From Neodothiora populina (lineage: Eukaryota): 64,000 bases of DNA. The DNA lies in NCBI RefSeq assembly GCF_041146345.1, contig NW_027191410.1, forward strand, positions 868,001-932,000. Direction: 5' to 3'. Under the pieces are notes generated by a model. The model ran no database searches. It was not told the DNA's origin and worked only from the letters and a program-made list of their open reading frames with translations. The position numbers and the translations under genes are program-made. Of this stretch, positions 51,389 to 63,500 are shown piece by piece; the stretch's first letter is position 1, and each line of letters begins with the position of its first letter.

Positions 51389-52256
51389 GTTGACCTTGTA
51401 CAATGCTCTCGTGATCGATGTAGTGTGCAGCCACAAAGTGTGTCTTCTGTTCAATCGTGGATGACAAATACGATAACAATGATAAGTTTATGAAGCTTCT
51501 ATAAAAATGCGTGGGCTCGATTGACATCATCGAGTCCGAATCTCCGTTGCTCCTATCTTCTAGCACAGTAAACAATAGCAGGCGGCTGTATTTTGCTTAA
51601 ATGTATTACAGAAACTTCATTGAGATACAGAGTATATAGCTTTAAGTTTATCTGCATGCAACATCATAACATAACTTTCATCATATAAGGTAGTCGCTTG
51701 CGTTAGTAACACCGAATAGTTTGTAAAAGTTATGCAAAGAAGTCGCATGCTTTGTAAGGTCGTCATTGAGCATAATAGCAAGGTAGAATCGATCGACTAG
51801 TCCCACTTAGTTACATTAGGACTTGCTTCTTAACATATCTATCACGATCGTAATAATTAAGGTATATTGTGAGTATACGATATGGCCTTGTAAAGTGCTG
51901 GGAAAAGTGCTCTCAGAAACGTGACAAACAGAGCAAACTGCAGAACAAATGAGGCAAACAATCCACGTCATCCTTGATCCACCGGATCTCAGCTCGAGGC
52001 AAGAGCAACAACCTGAAGGGGAAGGAACACCAACTTCGCGTCGCAAAAGTCGCGATCTGTTGCGATAGTCAACCTCAGCCAATCACTGGTCTTGTCTTTG
52101 TTTACTGTCAATTGGACTCACCACTGTATATCTCGTATAGGCTAGACCTTCAGCATTGGATAGACCGATAAAGCCATCTGTCGTCCTTGCCGTAGCAGTC
52201 GCAGCCCTTCTCCCTCTAATCACTCATCCTGGATATGCTGCGCGACACCGGACAAC

Positions 52257-54941
52257 ATGACCGAGACGAAGATGCAGCTAGTCGATTGGCTAGATGATCT
52301 ATGTGTACGATTCCTTGTCAATCTGCCCCAAGAAGAACTCCAAGAAACGGAGAGAATATGTTTCCAGATCGAAGAGGCCCAATGGTTTTACGAGGACTTC
52401 ATCCGCCCCTTGGATCCCACCCTGCCCCAACTCAACCTCTCCGAGTTTGCCAGTCGCATATTGCGTCACTGTCCTCTCACAGCCGGCTATTCTGATGAGC
52501 TTCATGAGCAGGCCTTCAAGAGCTTCCTGACCTACAAGACTCGTGTCCCCGTGAGGGGCGCTATCCTGCTTGACGAGGACATGGACAAAATCCTGCTGGT
52601 CAAGGGCTACAAGAAGAATGCCACGTGGTCTTTCCCAAGAGGTAAAATAAACAAGAACGAGGACGATCTTGTATGTGCCATTCGTGAGGTCTGGGAGGAG
52701 ACCGGCTATGATATAGAGGGCGCTGGTCTGGTCCCAAACCACCGGAATGTCCATTATATCGATGTGACCATGCGAGAGCAGCATTTGCGCATGTTTGTCT
52801 TTCGCAACGTTCCCTTGGACACTCCTTTCGAGCCTCAGACTCGCAAGGAGATCAGCAAAATCCAATGGTACAGACTGGATGGTCTGCCGACTTACAACAA
52901 CAAGAGACGCGGCGGTCACCATATGAACGGTGACGCCGACTCTGCTCTAATCAGCGCGAACAAGCTCTATATGGTCGCTCCGTTCTTGCCTGCTCTCAGA
53001 CGTTGGATCAATCAGCAACGAAAACGCGATGCCCAACGTGCCTCACATGCTGGTCCTGCTCTACACGAATACCATGACATCACTTCAGACGCCCCCTCGG
53101 AACCTGAGCCTAGCAGGCCACGACCTCCCAATGTCGAATATGCGGATCCTGCAGACGAGCTCAAACGAATGCTCAGCCTTGCTACTATAGCACCACCAAC
53201 CCCTTCAGTTGCAGTGACCGAGTCAGCACCCACCGAATCTGGTGCACAAGCAGGCATGCTGCTGGCAATGCTGAGAGGCCCCACTGCAAGTTTTTCAAAT
53301 GATACCTCTCTCCCAAGAACACCCATGGAACAGCTTATGGAACCACCCAACGAGCCCCAGAGCCCTCACGTGCACCATGTCAGGCCTTCGTCACAGGCGA
53401 CGCGTCAACCCCCACCAGACTATCTGATGTCCGCCGATGCTAGGGCTGCCCACGATACCGTTCGTCTAGAACACGCCATGTATATGAATAATTCTCAACC
53501 ACGCCCTCAGGACAACATGTCTCTCCCGAACTACATGGACCCACCCTACCTTCAGACAGCCCAAGCCCAGCAACACCTGCTTCTGCACCCCAGCCAACCT
53601 CAATACATGCCTGGTATTAATCAGCAACAGCATCCATCTACAATTCATTCTAGGGAACACATGATGTCACTGTTGCAGCCACAAGGTCGGGGAGCCATAG
53701 CACATGGTCCATCAGCCCCGAAGGCCTCACAGCTCCCGCCACCCAACATGAATAACCATACCATGAGCCTGCTTAATGCCTTCAAGACACCTTCCACCCG
53801 CCATGCCCAGCTCGCACAGCAACCTTATATGCAGCAGCCCCCGCCGAATAATATCCATTCGCAGCAGCAATCGGCTTTTTCTCAACGAGAAAATATGCAC
53901 TTTGAAGGACCTCCACCGCAGTCAGCAAACCAGCAACCTGGTAGATCACTCCATCAGAACTCTTTACTTGACCTCTTCAAATCACCGACCGCCACCAAGA
54001 CGACTCCAGTAGGCACAGACGCCGGACAGTCTCACAATCGCGCCGCCTCACTGCAGGCCGCACCGCAGACGCCACAGCCTCAAGAAGCCTCCATGGGTCC
54101 ATCCGCTGGACCTCATCAACAACGAAGTGCGACTATGGCCATGATGACGCGGACGCTACCAAGAGCAAAGGCTTCGTCGCCGTCGAAAGCTGGTGAATCG
54201 TATGGCGGAGGCCAACCGGGAAGCGACCTTTTTCCAGCGAAGCAACAGGTGCAACGCATGCAGACAGCGTCATTCTCTGCTGAACCTGCATCTACCCAAG
54301 ATCATCGATCTCCTTTTAGCCACGCTGCTACCGGCACAGGCAGGCCATCATCCAGATCTACCTCCGGCACCGCTGTGCGAGAGTCTAGACGATCATCTTC
54401 GCACGTGGCTTCTCCTCGGAGAGATAGCAGATCCTCCAGAAATGGGGAACAGACTGCCACGGCTCCCAATTATACTATCCTGCAACGACCGGCAGCTCTA
54501 TCGGAAGCACCGCAACCTGCTGCTACCTCTCCACCGCCTCAGCCTCCTCAGCAATCAGCTTCACCGAAACCATTCCAGCCGCAGCTCCTGCGTAGACCAC
54601 AAGCCGAGGAAGGTGTGCCAGGCAGCGACATGTCTTTCAAGCGTCCGATAGCTCCAAGGCACAGTGAGACTGGACAGAGGGACACCTTGCTCGCTTTGTT
54701 CGCCAAAGGCGACCAGGGACGAACGAAATCGATCGATCAAGGCCGAGGGCAGGCTGGACCACCCGCAGACCCAGCTCCCTCGCTGCCCATGGATCCTGCT
54801 GCGTTCAGTGCGAAGATGCCTAGCAGAGAATCAGTGGTCAGCAGCAACGAGGGTGGCATGAAGTCTCCGGCTACACCTGTCGAAGCGAAGGGCTTCTTGC
54901 TGGATTACTTGAACGGTGTGGTGAAAAGCGCACAACACTAA
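52257..54941 (+). CDS. DCP2: mRNA decapping enzyme Dcp2
   Basis: Box A LDDLCVRF...FQIEEAQWFYEDF; Nudix box GKINKNEDDLVCAIREVWEETG; disordered tail with HLM-like motifs (LLAMLR, SLLNAFK, SLLDLFK, TLLALFA). Confidence 0.96.
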   Translation: MTETKMQLVDWLDDLCVRFLVNLPQEELQETERICFQIEEAQWFYEDFIRPLDPTLPQLNLSEFASRILRHCPLTAGYSDELHEQAFKSFLTYKTRVPVRGAILLDEDMDKILLVKGYKKNATWSFPRGKINKNEDDLVCAIREVWEETGYDIEGAGLVPNHRNVHYIDVTMREQHLRMFVFRNVPLDTPFEPQTRKEISKIQWYRLDGLPTYNNKRRGGHHMNGDADSALISANKLYMVAPFLPALRRWINQQRKRDAQRASHAGPALHEYHDITSDAPSEPEPSRPRPPNVEYADPADELKRMLSLATIAPPTPSVAVTESAPTESGAQAGMLLAMLRGPTASFSNDTSLPRTPMEQLMEPPNEPQSPHVHHVRPSSQATRQPPPDYLMSADARAAHDTVRLEHAMYMNNSQPRPQDNMSLPNYMDPPYLQTAQAQQHLLLHPSQPQYMPGINQQQHPSTIHSREHMMSLLQPQGRGAIAHGPSAPKASQLPPPNMNNHTMSLLNAFKTPSTRHAQLAQQPYMQQPPPNNIHSQQQSAFSQRENMHFEGPPPQSANQQPGRSLHQNSLLDLFKSPTATKTTPVGTDAGQSHNRAASLQAAPQTPQPQEASMGPSAGPHQQRSATMAMMTRTLPRAKASSPSKAGESYGGGQPGSDLFPAKQQVQRMQTASFSAEPASTQDHRSPFSHAATGTGRPSSRSTSGTAVRESRRSSSHVASPRRDSRSSRNGEQTATAPNYTILQRPAALSEAPQPAATSPPPQPPQQSASPKPFQPQLLRRPQAEEGVPGSDMSFKRPIAPRHSETGQRDTLLALFAKGDQGRTKSIDQGRGQAGPPADPAPSLPMDPAAFSAKMPSRESVVSSNEGGMKSPATPVEAKGFLLDYLNGVVKSAQH

Positions 54942-55139
54942 GTGCTTCGTCACAGCTCTGCAGATATGTGAAAATGCTTTGATTAGTAGGATTGGGAGGA
55001 GATGTGCAAAGCGTATCTGATTGAATATTCCGAATCACGTAGCGAATTGTCTAGCTCTTGAACTATACATGAATCCTTCGCAAATTCATCTATTTGGTAT
55101 AAGCAATGGCAGATGCATCAAAGACAGTCCAAGAACTGT

Positions 55140-56176
55140 TCACAATTTCGCGAGTCTCTTGCCCTCCACCTCTTCACTTCCCTTGACCAACAAGCGACCA
55201 AGTCCCTCCCTCATACCAAGCATCATACCCTCCGCCCTCGGCCTCCTCGTCTCCCTGTCGACAAAAACATGCACAAACTGACCCACAGCCTTGACCTCTT
55301 CCACGCCCCTTTCAAAAACGCCAATCTCATACGTCACGCTGTTCTTACCCAATTTCTCAACGCGCAGACCCAAATCGACGAGAGCAGGGAACCCGACGGG
55401 CGAGAAGTAGTCGCAGTGGGAATGGACGACGAGGCCGATCAGAGCGGACGTGGGCGGGTCGAGAGCGCAGTTTGAGATCAGATAGGCGTTCACGAGGCTA
55501 TCGAAGAGGAAGTAGTAGACGCTGTTGTTCATGTGCGAGTACATGTCGTTGTCTGACCTTTTTGGGGGAGTTGGTACGGGTTTGTTTGTTTGTTGCTCCT
55601 TGTTCAAATGACTCGTGTATGACAAAAAAAGAGGCTTTTCTTGCAATCTTTCTGATGCTGCGGATGTGGGGATGGGATGATCATGTGGGTGCTTGTATTT
55701 GCGCGGGTGATTGAGTGGGATTTTCTGAGCTATTGTTTTATGTCACGACAGAGGAGGAGTGTTGGAGAGGGCGGGTATGGCGTTCTTGCTTTCTTGCTCT
55801 CTCCAAATAAGGCAATGGGCTTGAAACGAGAGGAGAGTCAATAGACACACCGAGAACATGTCCGTCCAAGAGGATTGATTTAGCGGCATCTTCTCATGAA
55901 TCGTTCTCTGTCTCGTCCTCACCCATTACCACGAGAGGTTGAAAAAAGAAAACACGAATCAGGGTATCCGATATACACGAATAACTCGCAAAGCCAAAGA
56001 GTAATGAAAATCCAAGTAAATGGGAAGAAAAGTGTTTCACCAGCACCAAAATGGACAACACACCCAAAAGTCAAAGAGAATAAAGACGTGTCGTTCAGAA
56101 CTTACCATCTTGTTCGATACTCGGAAAGATGTCCATAGTCTGATCGCCTTCGCTTCTTGAGATCCGCTAGACCCAT
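55140..56176 (-). CDS. 4HBT/hot-dog-fold acyl-CoA thioesterase with PTS1 (-AKL); exon 1 56176-56106, 548-nt intron 56105-55558, exon 2 55557-55140
   Basis: Splicing gives MGLADLKKRRRSDYGHLSEYRTRW-SDNDMYSHMNNSVYY; GTAAGT donor; C-terminal AKL. Confidence 0.9.
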
Positions 56177-57161
56177 CCTGCCTTGTTTCGTTGTCGTCTC
56201 CCTGAGTTAGGGGGTTTCGAGAACTCAGCAACCGTTCCTCGTCACGCAAAATCTCCTGATGGACTCGTCGTGGGCAAAAGGCACGGTCGATGGCTCTGAT
56301 GTTGTTGTCGTCGAGATGATCAGTCTAGGCTTGCGTGGAGGTCGTCGCAAGCTTCTGTCGAGATTTGAACTGCCGTGATTGTGGTTGCCGTCTTCGTTGT
56401 CAATGGAGAGTTTTGGACGGGCGTTTCGAAAGTCACGTCTGCATAAACTCACACCTGCAGATCTATTGCTTTATAGTCAATTGGACAACTGCCGGGGTAA
56501 TGGGCAAAACACGAAAGCAAAAAGTATACTGTTGTGGCACGCAAGACTTGGTGTATTTGTACTGTACCTTTCGTGGATAATGACTTTGCTTAAGGTAGTA
56601 CCGGGTTGAAGTCACCTGTTGCTGCTCAGCTTAAGGTAAAGAAACCGAGGCGTTCTCCCACGCAAGCTCTCTTGTTCCCGGCTTCCCCGAACGAACCCCT
56701 CATGCCCCTCCCCCTCATCACATGAACCCGATCGTCCTACTGACGCTTTACGGCTTAATGAATATCTATGCGGAATTTTCGACGATCTTCGCAGTGCGAA
56801 ATAGATTTAGTGACGAGCAGAGGTTACAGAACTGCAGTCATGCGATCGGGCTTTCGACTTGACCTTCGTACAGTAGATGCATTCAAGTCACACAAAGTCA
56901 TTGTGAGGGTAAAGTTTAGGTTACTTCAGTTTAGTATAGCCGTCGCTATGATGGCATACAACCACTCACTCATGCGAAGTTGATGTCGAATGTGATATGT
57001 TGCAAAGTTCAATTTTTCATATTCATAAAGCTCAGATGTTTATAGGTCGTTACACCAGCTGCGATACGCAAGCTCCCATCCTTTGCCAATTGTCATTAAC
57101 CTTAACACAATTCGTGAAAACAAATGAAACGCGCCAAGAGCCGTGATTCTCGTGAAGACGT

Positions 57162-57856
57162 CTACCAACGTCCTTGACCTTGACCGCCCTGAGGCTTGTG
57201 GTGGCCCTCTTTGTACTTGTCCTCGAGCTTTGAGCCCATAAATGCGCCGGCTAGGGTGCCGATGATGCCGTGGCCGGCTTTGCCGCCGAGGAATCCACCG
57301 CCGAGGCCGCCTGCTACAGCTCCCATGAGGCCGCGGTCGCCCTCACCTGCCATGGCAGGATCAGTTGCACCGTACTGGCCCTGCTGCTGGTGCTGAGCGT
57401 AAGGGTTGTTTGGGTCTCCCGGAGGCGGGTTGGAGCCGTAAGCGCCTTGCTGTGGGTATTGATGAGAAGGATCGGCTTGATATTGGCCACTAGAAACAAA
57501 AGTCAATACCGGATGAATTGTCAGACTGGCTGATTTCGCTGCAGGAAAACACACTATTGTTGGTGCTGAGGTTGCATTTGCTGTTGTTGGTATTGGTCGT
57601 AGCCACCAGTGTAGCCGGTCTGCTGGCCATGCTGGAAACCGCCCTCCTGCGGAGGGCCGTACTGGCCATATTGTGGTTGATTGTAAGCTTGCTGGTCGCC
57701 ATACTGTGGAGCAGCAGGAGCACCATATCCTCCCTGCTGTGGTGGATAAGGAGATTGCTGCTGAGGATACGGCGACTGGCTCTGTTGCGGATAGCCGCCT
57801 TGTGGCGGATATCCCCCGTAAGGCTGCTGGTTGTACTGATCGTAGGGTCCGGACAT
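57162..57856 (-). CDS. Q/P/G/Y-rich protein with a C-terminal glycine zipper; intron 57490-57554
   Basis: Low-complexity QQPYGGYPP; GDRGLMGAVAGGLGGGFLG...GTLAGAFMGSKLED. Confidence 0.8.
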
Positions 57857-59685
57857 GGTTATATTGGTTTATGAAAGTGACTGGACTCTCCTTTGAGCTG
57901 TGATTGAAAACTGGTCGAAGAAAAAGATTTGTAGTGAGATGTCTTTATAATATAGGTTGACAAGCCTCAGCACAGCATCACGGTAGAAATGGCATACAAG
58001 CGTCAGATTGAGGCTCAGTCGGGGCGGAGTAGCGGCGACGTCGGTTCTGTCGGCATTCGGTCACAGGGTTGGCGTGTGTCACAGCCCACATGGGCCAGCT
58101 GAATTCACTGTGCTGTGCATTTGTTGCCTTGCATAATAATGATAACAATAATATCTCGCCACCTTGGAGTCTGTATGCGAGGACGACGTACGTACGTACT
58201 CGATATTCTGGCGCCTGATGGGTTGTGCCAGTGCACGAGGTAAGGAAGGTACTCGTGGAAGCCTAGAGACTTCTTTGGACGCAGCACTGCAATGTCGCAA
58301 TCGTAAGTCTCCTCTCACAGCGTTCATACCAATTCAGCCAACCGCCTTGTGTCATCTCAATATCTCGCACGCAAGTGGATCTCAACCCCACCTGATACTA
58401 AGAAGAAAATGACCAAGATCATGCAGATTCCCAGCGGTAGATCCATTCGAGGTACAGAACAGGTAGGGCTGCTTTTCTACCTTCGTACGATCTTTGTGAC
58501 TATAATGACTACGGCAGATCACATATGAGCACCGACCACAGCCCTGAAACTACTCCTCAAACATGTCTTGCTCGGTATAATACTGATCGCTGATATTTGA
58601 CTTACCTGTAAAGCACGCGGGGCTTTTCGGCGTGTCATGATCCTTGACAATAGAGGAAGAGACATGATTCTTTTCTTGATGGGAGTTCTTGTGTGCTTCA
58701 GCGTGCGAAAAGTGTATTTCGCATTTCAGGAGCGAGAAGAATTATAGTATGTACACCTGTGCTTGCGTCGCATTGACGAGATCACAATTTGGTCGTAAAG
58801 CACTTGACAACTATTCTCGAACATTTCCCTTATGCTTTTTGCATCTTGTCTAACACATGGCACAGATCCTTTGCGGCTCTATCTTTGGTTGTTTCAAGAC
58901 GTGGGATTACATGGTCCATCGGTGAGTCGCTAGCAGGCCACTGACGTGTACCTTGACATCCATGTTACAAGGTGCGATTGCCCATTATAGCGATATTCCT
59001 TCGGACGACATATCTCGATCGCAATACATCGTTGCAACCTCGATTCAGCCACCTTCTCAGAGCACATTGCACGACTTGTAATTCGATGTTAGTGATGGCC
59101 TCTGCGGCTGTCGTTTGGTCTAGCAAGCCTAGGCGTTTCACCACCGACAGCCATACCGGACCGGGCGATCTTGACCAACTCCACAAGTCTTCTCCTGTCC
59201 ATACTTGGTTTGTCCTGTCTCGAAAAGCATACGTCTGTTGTGAGTAGGGCCAGAGAAGTGTTCGTTGTTTTGCGAACCTCTCTGTGCGCTTGGACTCTGG
59301 CCGGCATGTCGCATGGACCGTGAGAGTGTGAGGTACCTTCTGTTCCATCCCTCTGGGACTGACCGCGAATACTATAATACCATTGCGGTCGCTATGCTAT
59401 CCTGTTCTTCGTTGTTATTGCTATTCTTTCCATTTCTTCTTCCACTGCTGGGCAGATCTGTCTCCTTATTTAATGTCTCATTAGCACTTTAAGATCTCTC
59501 TCTAGAAATCATTGGCAGGTCCCGTGCATTCTTTGTCTCACAAGCTTGAATCCCCTGTGTATCTTCTTCAAGACGCGATATATCTAGTGGACCGTGAAGG
59601 GCCCACATACTGCCTCGTCGGCCAACAACATTCCTAACTTTCCGCTTCATTTTCTGTCTCTCCACACTCTCGACTGGTCTCAGCA

Positions 59686-60662
59686 ATGGGGTCTAATCCC
59701 AATAATGACTCTGGAACTCTCTCGAGAGGCTCAGAGATCATTCTCATCACGCTCGTTTCAATTGGTATATCCCCAGCAATTCTACAATGACACTCGCGAG
59801 GCGCTGATCTATGGAAGGAGGTACCTTCATCATTGCATTAATAATATTCATAGCGCTGCGCATGCGCAAGGGAGCTACCCTAATCGAAGCTCTCAAATTT
59901 CGTCATGGAGAGAGGGCATCCTTCTCCAGTGTTCAGGATCAGCCTATCGCACGACAGCAGCGTTTCTCTATCCGATCATCCCGTCATCCATCAATGTCTA
60001 TAGCGAACAGAAGACAAAAAGAAATGCCGCCCTTGGTAGGTTCCAATAACATAGTCCAGCGGTAGTGATATAAAATTGACGACAGATAGCCACTTCCAGT
60101 AACCCACAAGAGTTTCCGAACTAAAGATTCTTACTATAGGTACTATTGGAAGGAGCGCGCAAGACCCACAACACCGAACAAGATCATTCAGTCTTGGTTC
60201 ATGAGGGACGCAACGCCGAGTCCAAAGGATAGTCCGGAGATGACCAAGCTTCGAAGCACCAAAGGCTCGGCCAGATCGCACTCCTCTGTAGCCCGTTCGA
60301 CGACCATGACAACCTACAAGACGGCATGGTCAAATAGATTGTCAAGAGGTTCCAAGTCACCAGGCATTTCTATATGTGACGTCTCAGATTCTCCTGCGAC
60401 AAGCCCGAATGGGGAAGCCAAAGCCGCTAGGTGGAGTTGGACGAATTCCGAAGCTCCTTCGACGCCCAGAATAGCGCTTGGTCCCAAGAGACTATCTTCA
60501 GCTAGCTCTCACAAGTATCGGTCTGCCGGAGGCGGCTTGGGTGGACAGATGGCTATAATCGACGAGAGTGGCACTTCCCCCATGACCTTGAGCCCGGCTC
60601 TCACTGTGCCTGATCGTGCGAAATCGCCCGAAGGGCTTCGAACCTTCTACCGTGGTGGCTGA
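59686..60662 (+). CDS. Single-pass membrane hypothetical protein; introns 59765-59817 and 60036-60089
   Basis: Splicing joins MGSNPN...IILITLVSIG-GTFIIALIIFIALRMRK (TM plus basic stop-transfer) to the 60201 ORF in frame. Confidence 0.65.
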
Positions 60663-60776
60663 ACAGAGGCCATCTGGAAGAGGATAACCTTGCTAAGCAG
60701 TACTGATCGAGCCCTGCATCGGATTCGCCAACAATACCGCTGCAAGTACATGTCAAGAATGCATGCGCCCTGTTGC

Positions 60777-61528
60777 TCACTTAGTCAATGGCTCTCGAGT
60801 CATGCAATACAGCGTTATGGCGTCGCCATCGTCGTCGCACTCCATTTCCTTGACCAGCTCGAAACCCATCTTCTGATAGATGGCCATGTTGGGCTCCGCC
60901 CGACTGCTCTCGAGGTAGCACTTTCTGCCCTCCGAGTCTGCTTGATCTGTAACAGCACGGAAAAGTTTTTTTTCCTATTCCTTGACCTTGAACGTTGGGT
61001 AGCACAGTCACAATGTTACAGAAGTAATAGCCCTTCTCATCAGTCCACAGCTGGCGTTGTGCATTGGCCTGCGCAGCCTTCCAGATATAATACCTGCGGA
61101 CGTTGAGGCCCCCTCGGCCGTACATGAGATTTACATAGACTTGGGAAGCCCATAGGCTCCAGTCTCCCATCCACTCGCCCCAAGACTGAGGAGAGTTTGC
61201 ATTTCTGGGGGCTAGCCAGCATGCCACGCCGAGAACGAGATCCGGAGTGTCCGAGGAAGGATCCTTTGCCATGTGGAACAGAGCATGTTTGAGCCCCCAG
61301 CGGCACCGGATGCCCAGAGAGACTTTGTTGCGCACGATGGAAAACTGTGTGGGGATTAGCGATTCGCGGTATATATGTGGTGTGGCTGAGGAGAAAATCA
61401 ACTCTCAATACCTTTGAACGATCATTGAAGACCCACTTGTTGTATGGGTCTTCGGCAAAAGCTTTCTGTATGCAATCAATGGCAGAGTCTATGTCTTGCT
61501 CAGTCATGCGAGTGACCTCGATAGGCAT
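60777..61528 (-). CDS. GNAT N-acetyltransferase; intron 61345-61411; apparent extra A in the A8 run at 60966-60973
   Basis: AFAEDPY; motif A VTVLPNVQGQGIGKK; shifted frame continues LFRAVTDQAD...CYLESS...NMAIYQKMGF. Confidence 0.88.
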
Positions 61529-62006
61529 ATTGACGGTGATGTGAGTGAGAGGATTGTCAACTGCGTCAGACGGAAGATGAGAATGGACGGGATTCCTTCG
61601 CGGCGACTCTGCGAGAGGTCTATGTATCTCTGTATAAGATGTGACGACAAAGCTACCAGTCGGTCACTGTTACGCGATATCAACCACAACCCTTCGATGA
61701 TAAGACAGTTTATATTGGAGAACACTGTGGAGATAAAGTTTACTATCCTTGTACTGCACTTGCGCTGGCAGCAATCATAGGCGAGCCGACGACGCATTCA
61801 GGTAGGTCTAGCCGAACAGCATCTCAGGGTGCAAGCAATAATTATTATTTTTCCAGGACGATGACATTATTCTATACCGTACAGCAAATCCACTAAGACA
61901 GATTAACGTCATCATCGTCGCAGTCGTTTCGTCGACACCTTTCCTCGTGGCGCCCTCTCCTCGAGTTCTCGCCTTCCTGGCGCGCAAAGGTCGTCTCCCG
62001 ACCACC

Positions 62007-63434
62007 ATGGCACTCACACCTTACGAGGCACCTGCGGCCGAGAAAGCAGAAGTGTTCGAGCCTCCGCCGCCGGTAGTGGTCACTCCTTGCGATCCCTGGC
62101 CCCGACCATACTACCTAGAAGACGGTCTACGAAGGGTGCAGCCGTATCACTTCACCTACAACACCTGGTGCAAGCAGAGATGGAGGGGTCGGGAGATCCT
62201 TGAGATCTTCGCAGACGAGTTTCGCGACAGACCGATTGAGTATTACGTATGTGATCTGACCTCGATGATGCCTGGCTAAGCACGGCGAGATGTGCAGTGG
62301 TGCTGATATACTCAGAAAGATGCCATAGAACAAGGAGCAGTCTTGCTGAACAGCAAGCCTATACCGTCCATCCACCAGGTAGTCAAGAACGGCGACCTCG
62401 TTTCGCATACCTTGCACCGACACGAGCCTCCGGTCACAGCACAGCCTATCGGTATCGTTCACGAAGACGACGACATCATTGTCATCAACAAGCCGGCTGG
62501 ACTCCCCGTACATCCTTCTGGAAGATACAATTACAACAGCATCGTCGAAGTCATGAAGGCCGAGCGTGGCCACGGGTTCAAGCCCCTGCCCTGCAATCGC
62601 CTCGACAGGTTGACCAGTGGAGTCATGTTCTTGGCCAAGCACAGGAAGGCGGCAGACAGCCTGACAGAACAGATCATGGCTAGGACAGTCAAGAAAGAGT
62701 ACGTCGCAAGAGTCAAGGGTGAATTTCCAGAGGGGGAGATCGCTTGCGAGCAGCCCATCCTGCAGATCAGCCCGAAGCTGGGCTTGAACCGTGTCAGGGC
62801 GAATGGCAAGGAGGCAAGAACAGTGTTCAAGAGACTCGCATATTACCCACCAAAGCCCAGGAAGGATGTGGACGACCCGCAGCGTGCGGACTCTCCGAAC
62901 GCAGATGGCTATTCCATCGTTCGCTGCCGGCCATTGACAGGCCGGACTCACCAGCTGCGTGTCCATCTACAATTTTTGGGACATCCCATCTCGAATGATC
63001 CAATCTATGCGAACCAACGCGTATGGGGCCAGGAACTCGGCAAAGGTGATGCCGAGGCAGACAACGACGATGATATCATGACACGACTCTCCAAGATGGG
63101 CAAGGACGAAGTTGCCGAGGCAGTTGCATACCACGATGAAATGGTGGATGATTACAACAAGCGCAAGGCCGAAAAGCTCACCGGCGAAGTGTGCCAAATT
63201 TGTCAAACCCCCTTGTACAGCGATCCAGGAGAGCACGAACTGGGCATATACCTGCACGCAAGGAAGTACGCGGATGCAGGTGGTAAATGGTCATATGAGA
63301 CACCGCTACCGGACTGGGCACTGCCGCCCCCTGAATTTACAGGACCTAGCGAGCCAGGGCTGGAGTCGGACCCTCTAGCGATCGACATTTCCAAGCTTGG
63401 ACTTGAAGACCCAGCCAATATCGAAACAGCATAA
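62007..63434 (+). CDS. RluA-family tRNA pseudouridine-32 synthase (Rib2/Pus9-like); intron 62247-62315
   Basis: CKQRWRGR, HRHEPPV, INKPAGLPVHP, catalytic NRLDRLTSG, TGRTHQLRVHL. Confidence 0.93.
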
Positions 63435-63500
63435 CCAGACAATCATGCCGTGTACGGATTTGGAAGCAGAGCAGAGGAATGCCCATCGTCAAGAGAAACA

